64,000 nt of DNA, taken from positions 3,016,658 to 3,080,657 of the forward strand of contig CAJINV010000006.1 in NCBI GenBank assembly GCA_905178155.1, written 5' to 3'. Origin of the DNA: Amoebophrya sp. A120 (lineage: Eukaryota; Protista; Dinoflagellata). Shown one piece after another: positions 60,071 through 64,000 of this stretch. Position numbers and translations under genes: made by a program. A model generated the notes under the pieces. That model saw nothing but the letters and a program-made list of their open reading frames with translations, had not been told where the DNA came from and did no database searches. Each line of letters begins with the position of its first letter. Positions within the stretch are counted from its first letter, which is position 1.

Positions 60071-63000
60071 CTACCTCAACGTGGTTCACTACGAATACTT
60101 GGAGCAAGACTTTGTGAAGACGCAGGCGGAGCTATCCAAGAAAAAAAGTGTGGTAGTGTAAGTTTCTTGGAGGAATAGCATCACAAGTTTGCTCTGCAGG
60201 ACACAGAAATAAACCTGTTATGCGTGGCTACGACTTGAGAACACGTACGAAAATAGCCTCTGATTCATGTCCAGCATGACAAGTGAAACAGTTTTGCATT
60301 CGCTGCAACACAAAGGCACACTTAGACAGTTTTTTTCTTGGATAGGAGCTGGCCCGAGACCAGGAGCGCAACAGTGCGGACGGACGCATCCCACTGGTTC
60401 ATTTGACAAGCAAGGACGAACGAAAAGCTATCAAAGTGAAAAATCCCCACTCCCCATATCAAAATCGAAATCTGTGATGCGGGATTTATGTGCACAAATC
60501 CAATCTGTCTAGCAGTAGAGGACTGCAGGCTTCAGGAATGCGCAATGAACGTGGCTGCACCAGGCTGCTCGAAGTGACGAGTCTGCCACCACCGAAATGA
60601 TCTATGCAAGAAAAAAGCTGTGTAAGTGTAAATTTGTGTTGCAGAACATGCAACAGCGTTACACCTGTCATGCCAGACAGCCACGAAGTCCTCTTTTCAA
60701 CTGTGTTTTCCTTTACAAGCCACGCATGACAGGTTTCCTCTGTCATGTAGAGCAAATTTGTGATGCTGTTTCTCCAAGAAAGTTACACTTACACACTTTT
60801 TTTCCTGGAAATGATCAGAGCAGGATGCGCAATGAACGTGGCTGCACCAGGCTGCTCGAAGTGACGAGTCTGCCACCACCGCCATTGACGAAAGACCGTA
60901 GTATAGTAAATCAATCAACACGACGCTACTACTAGTAGCGAAGACGCATTTTTGATGCTGCCACCAGGAACATTGTTGAAACAGAGACAGAGCCCGCCGG
61001 TGCGCTTAATAAAGTAAGTCGCCCCCCCAGGCCCAGCTATGGGTGTAAGTAGTTGTTCTAGGCACGACCTACAGGATCCTTGTTTACCTGTTGCGATGTT
61101 CGTCCGAATCACGAATACAGAAGGTCCTCCCCACGCTTTCTTTTGCGCGTTCGTAAATCGTTGAGTGGATAATTGCTTTCCCGGGGACACCAGGATCAAA
61201 TTCGATTGAGTTTCGCAAAGCCCTTGTCGGGCTTCGCTGCTTTTGCTTCTTTCTGATGGAAAATTTATTACAGTGGCCCTGCTTTTTTCACTGCCTCTCT
61301 TCGTCTTTAATCTTTCACCTCTTTAATCTTTCACCTGTTGAATGTTTTCAGTTTCACAAGCATTTACGAGAATTAGGCTAACTTAATATTTTGTTCTTCT
61401 GGACGAGATGAAGTGCAGCTGCGGGTACTAGCTAAGAGTACTTAGGAGCGCCATTTACGACCACGACGCGAAAATATTTGATATTTAAAAGCGCTTTACA
61501 AATCAAGCAATAGACCACGATCGGGCATGGACCTCCACAGCACTTCCGCTTCGACGCTGGATGGCGAGAAAGAATCCCCGCAAGACACGACGCCTGCGGT
61601 GGTCCAGGCCGTGCCCGAAGGGATTGTTCTTGAAAGCACGGCATCAAATGCAAATATGTCTGGGAGGTCTGGAAGAATGCAAACTTCTCATGCATGTTTT
61701 CCATGCGCCATGAGGTTTGGAATGCAGGACCTAGTATGACAGGTTCAGGTTCTGCGACGAGTCTATCATGCCTATCCTGCATCACAAACTGCCTCTAAAC
61801 TTGTTCAAAAGTGGACAGCTTTTGGTAGTCATGCAACACGAATTCTTGTACGATCCAGACTTGGCATGACAAGTTCATCGCGTCCTCCCAGACCCAGACA
61901 TATTTGCATTTGATACACGGCCAAAAACGAAGACCACGCGGCCGCCTGTGGACGTGGAGAAGAAAATGAAATAAAGCAGCACCCGGACGAGGAGGACGGT
62001 CCTCGTACTGGAGATTACTGTACCAAAAAGGAAGTAGAGAAACATGCTCCCTTCGTCCAAGAATTCAACTCGCACAAGAAGAACCTTCTGATCTACGTGC
62101 TCCTGCCGATTCTCTGCGGAGTCATCGCGTCTTTTTTACCCGCTGATCCGGATCTGCTTGCTCCATTGGACCATCTGCAGAAGGAAGGGCAAGGGGGTGT
62201 TGCTCGGGGACGGGGTCCTCATCTCCAGCAGGAAGGCAGTAACGCATCTCCAGGAGGTGGCGGCGAATCTGGAACACCAGAGCATGATGTTGTTCATGGT
62301 GGCAGCACTGCACCTTCATTCCGGAAGATGAACCCCCTCGACGAGGTGCAGCAGATTATGCAGAACTACCGAAAGGGAAAGTCCTCTTCTTTATGAACTG
62401 CAAAAGTACTATCCTCGTAATCGTACTCGTATAAATGCATTACGAATTTCCTCAGCATGAAAAATAAAATTTGTAGTGCTGATTTGCCTTCAGGAAGAAA
62501 ATTGTCATGCAAGACTTGCATTTATACGAATACGATCACGATGCTTTTGCATTGGATACTCTTCTACCGCGGACAAATTTCCCCTTCCAGCGAGCGGGAA
62601 CGTCAGGACGAACGGAAAGATACCCACGGAAATAAATATCGACCTGGGTCTGGACGAAAGTAGCAAATGTCTGTCATGCAGTTGCAGTTCTTTATTCCAC
62701 ATCCGGAGATATAATCTGGCGCGCAGCTGCCGCCCAGAAGGTCTGACATGCAAGAGCCCAGCCTAGTAGAATTATCGCAGATTGACATTTATTCAAAAGA
62801 AGGTTCTTTCTCAAGGCGGGCTACTACGCATGATCATAGAGAAAGTGGCACTTTCAAGTGCTCCTTTTGATGACAGGGAATAAATAAACAAGGGCGCCTT
62901 GTTTTGCTGCCCATTGTTCACGATGGATCTTTGCGCGATCTGAAGAACAAACTTCCATCACAACGAACTGCACATGTTCATGGCGTTCTCAAACGTTACA

Positions 63001-63977
63001 TTCTCAAGTGTTACATGGATCTGTAATGCAAGAATGGCAATAGCAAAACAAAGGGGGAAGATTGCAAAAATTGCATGACAAATCCAGCGCAGATTTAGGC
63101 GCTGTTTAGCCTTTCGCAAATTTGTCATGCAATAAAGCAGCTTGATCTTGTGGATGATGGTGGTAGTTCTGCATGACAAATTCATGCCACAGTTGAAAAT
63201 GTAACGTTTGAGAACTCCATAATGTTTTATTCAGCAGACCCAGACACGACGTCGACGTTTGCAATGGACACATGAACTTGCGCTACAAATTTCCGCACGA
63301 GCGCACCGAGGCTGACCAGACCGACATCCACCCGGAGATTTTGGTATGCATTGCAAAAGTATCGTACTCGTATAAATGCATTACAAATTTCCTCAGCATG
63401 AGAAATAAAATTTGTAATGCGTATGTACCTTGAGAAAAAGATGCTCAACTTGCATTTGTACGAGTATCAGATAATTTTGCACAGGATATTTGGCCGCGTT
63501 GGACCGCTTGGCGAATCGGTACTCCGAGGAAATTATGAACTGCAAAAGCACTGTACTAGTATAAATTGCATTACAAATTGACTTAGCATTACAAATTAAA
63601 TTTGTCATGCGGATTTGCCTTCACAAAAAAATTTGTAATGCATAAACGCCATTTTTACAATTTGAATTTTTAGTACGAGTGCGATACTTTTGCAGTTCAT
63701 AGAAGTGGTTTACCCAGAAGAGCATGCGGAGCTGAATCGGATGAACGAGGAGAAGACGACCGAAATGAACCCCGCTCCTTCATCATCAGGGGTCGATGAA
63801 CAAGGACTCGACGTTGCAGCAGCAGATTCAACATCTTCTTCCACCCAGGGCCAAGCACAACAACACGAAGTGGTGGACGAAAGTAACTCCAATGGACAAC
63901 GAGAAAATACCCACTCGGTGAGGAAGACGTTTATCCAGACGGTGCCGCGTCTTGTTGTGGAGGAAGACTCTTACTAG
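60071..63977 (+). CDS. Hypothetical protein, 5' end in gap; 7 top-level introners
   Basis: Open frame YLNVVHYEY...AELARDQ...ERKALYKSS...STAKNEDH...LRYKFPHE...ILAALDRLANRYSEE.VYPEEH...EEDSY*. Confidence 0.6.
60133..60344. mobile_element. Introner family D
   Basis: Family D TIRs; TSD GGAGC. Confidence 0.9.
60429..61487. mobile_element. Family H introner, expanded, right TIR lost
   Basis: Left TATCAAAGTGAAAAATCCCCACTCCCCATATC; TSD AAAGC at both ends; in-frame join ERKALYKSS. Confidence 0.6.
60603..60811. mobile_element. Family D element nested in 60429-61487
   Basis: Family D TIRs (ends GGAAA); TSD TGATC. Confidence 0.85.
61642..61915. mobile_element. Introner family A (CAT start)
   Basis: Family A TIRs; TSD CACGG. 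Confidence 0.9.
62392..62558. mobile_element. Introner family B
   Basis: TSD TTCTT/CTCTT. Confidence 0.9.
62621..63270. mobile_element. Degenerate family A introner hosting a family F element
   Basis: CTGGGTCTGGA near left end, CAGACCCAGAC..TTTGCAATGGACA at right; TSD AAAGA/CATGA; in-frame join. Confidence 0.65.
62979..63221. mobile_element. Family F element nested in 62621-63270
   Basis: CATGGCGTTCTCAAACGTTACA...TGTAACGTTTGAGAACTCCATA; TSD ATGTT; inverted relative to 42369. Confidence 0.9.
63345..63488. mobile_element. Introner family B
   Basis: TSD TTTGG. Confidence 0.9.
63534..63701. mobile_element. Introner family B
   Basis: TSD GAAAT/GAAGT. Confidence 0.9.
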
Positions 63978-64000
63978 GACAATGGCGCGTTCATCTCACG

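Noticed and set aside
55438-61345. Shared pyrimidine-rich word CACTGCCTCTCT..AATCTTTCACCTCTTT at ~55438 and ~61289
   Set aside because: Short, low complexity and only two copies; no structure to assign
1810-63701. Recurrent short ORF peptides such as CKNVWVWK, SCAKVSYS, MRVHNSPS
   Set aside because: Translations of introner TIRs, not a protein family or transposase
2100-63706. TSD mismatches often synonymous (8 of 14 single-mismatch pairs by hand count)
   Set aside because: About half is expected if one copy is free and the other changes only silently; sample too small

Overview
Eukaryotic (alveolate) nuclear DNA, most consistent with the parasitic dinoflagellate Amoebophrya (strain A120 type); this rests on intron architecture as I recall it being published, not on a database match. 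About 12 protein genes lie on the + strand. Recognisable ones are RRP4/EXOSC2, ISY1, an AlkB-family 2OG-Fe(II) oxygenase and a probable mitochondrial uS13; the rest are hypothetical. Their exons are broken by about 70 MITE-like introner elements of at least 11 terminal-inverted-repeat (TIR) families. Most are 130-350 bp, start TAT(C/G), end (C/G)ATA, and are flanked by a 5-bp direct repeat (TSD). Hand translation across about 65 of them shows that removing the element plus one 5-bp copy restores the reading frame, with no GT-AG ends and in either orientation. Families with unrelated TIRs share an internal GCAT(G/T/C)ACAA motif. Several elements are nested or host 0.8-1.6 kb GC-rich inserts. 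A separate 1.2-kb cassette (45155-46359) is bounded by 47-bp direct repeats with lox/FRT-like geometry and carries inverted 12-bp iteron-like arrays. No transposase or recombinase gene was seen. Family letters are my own labels.
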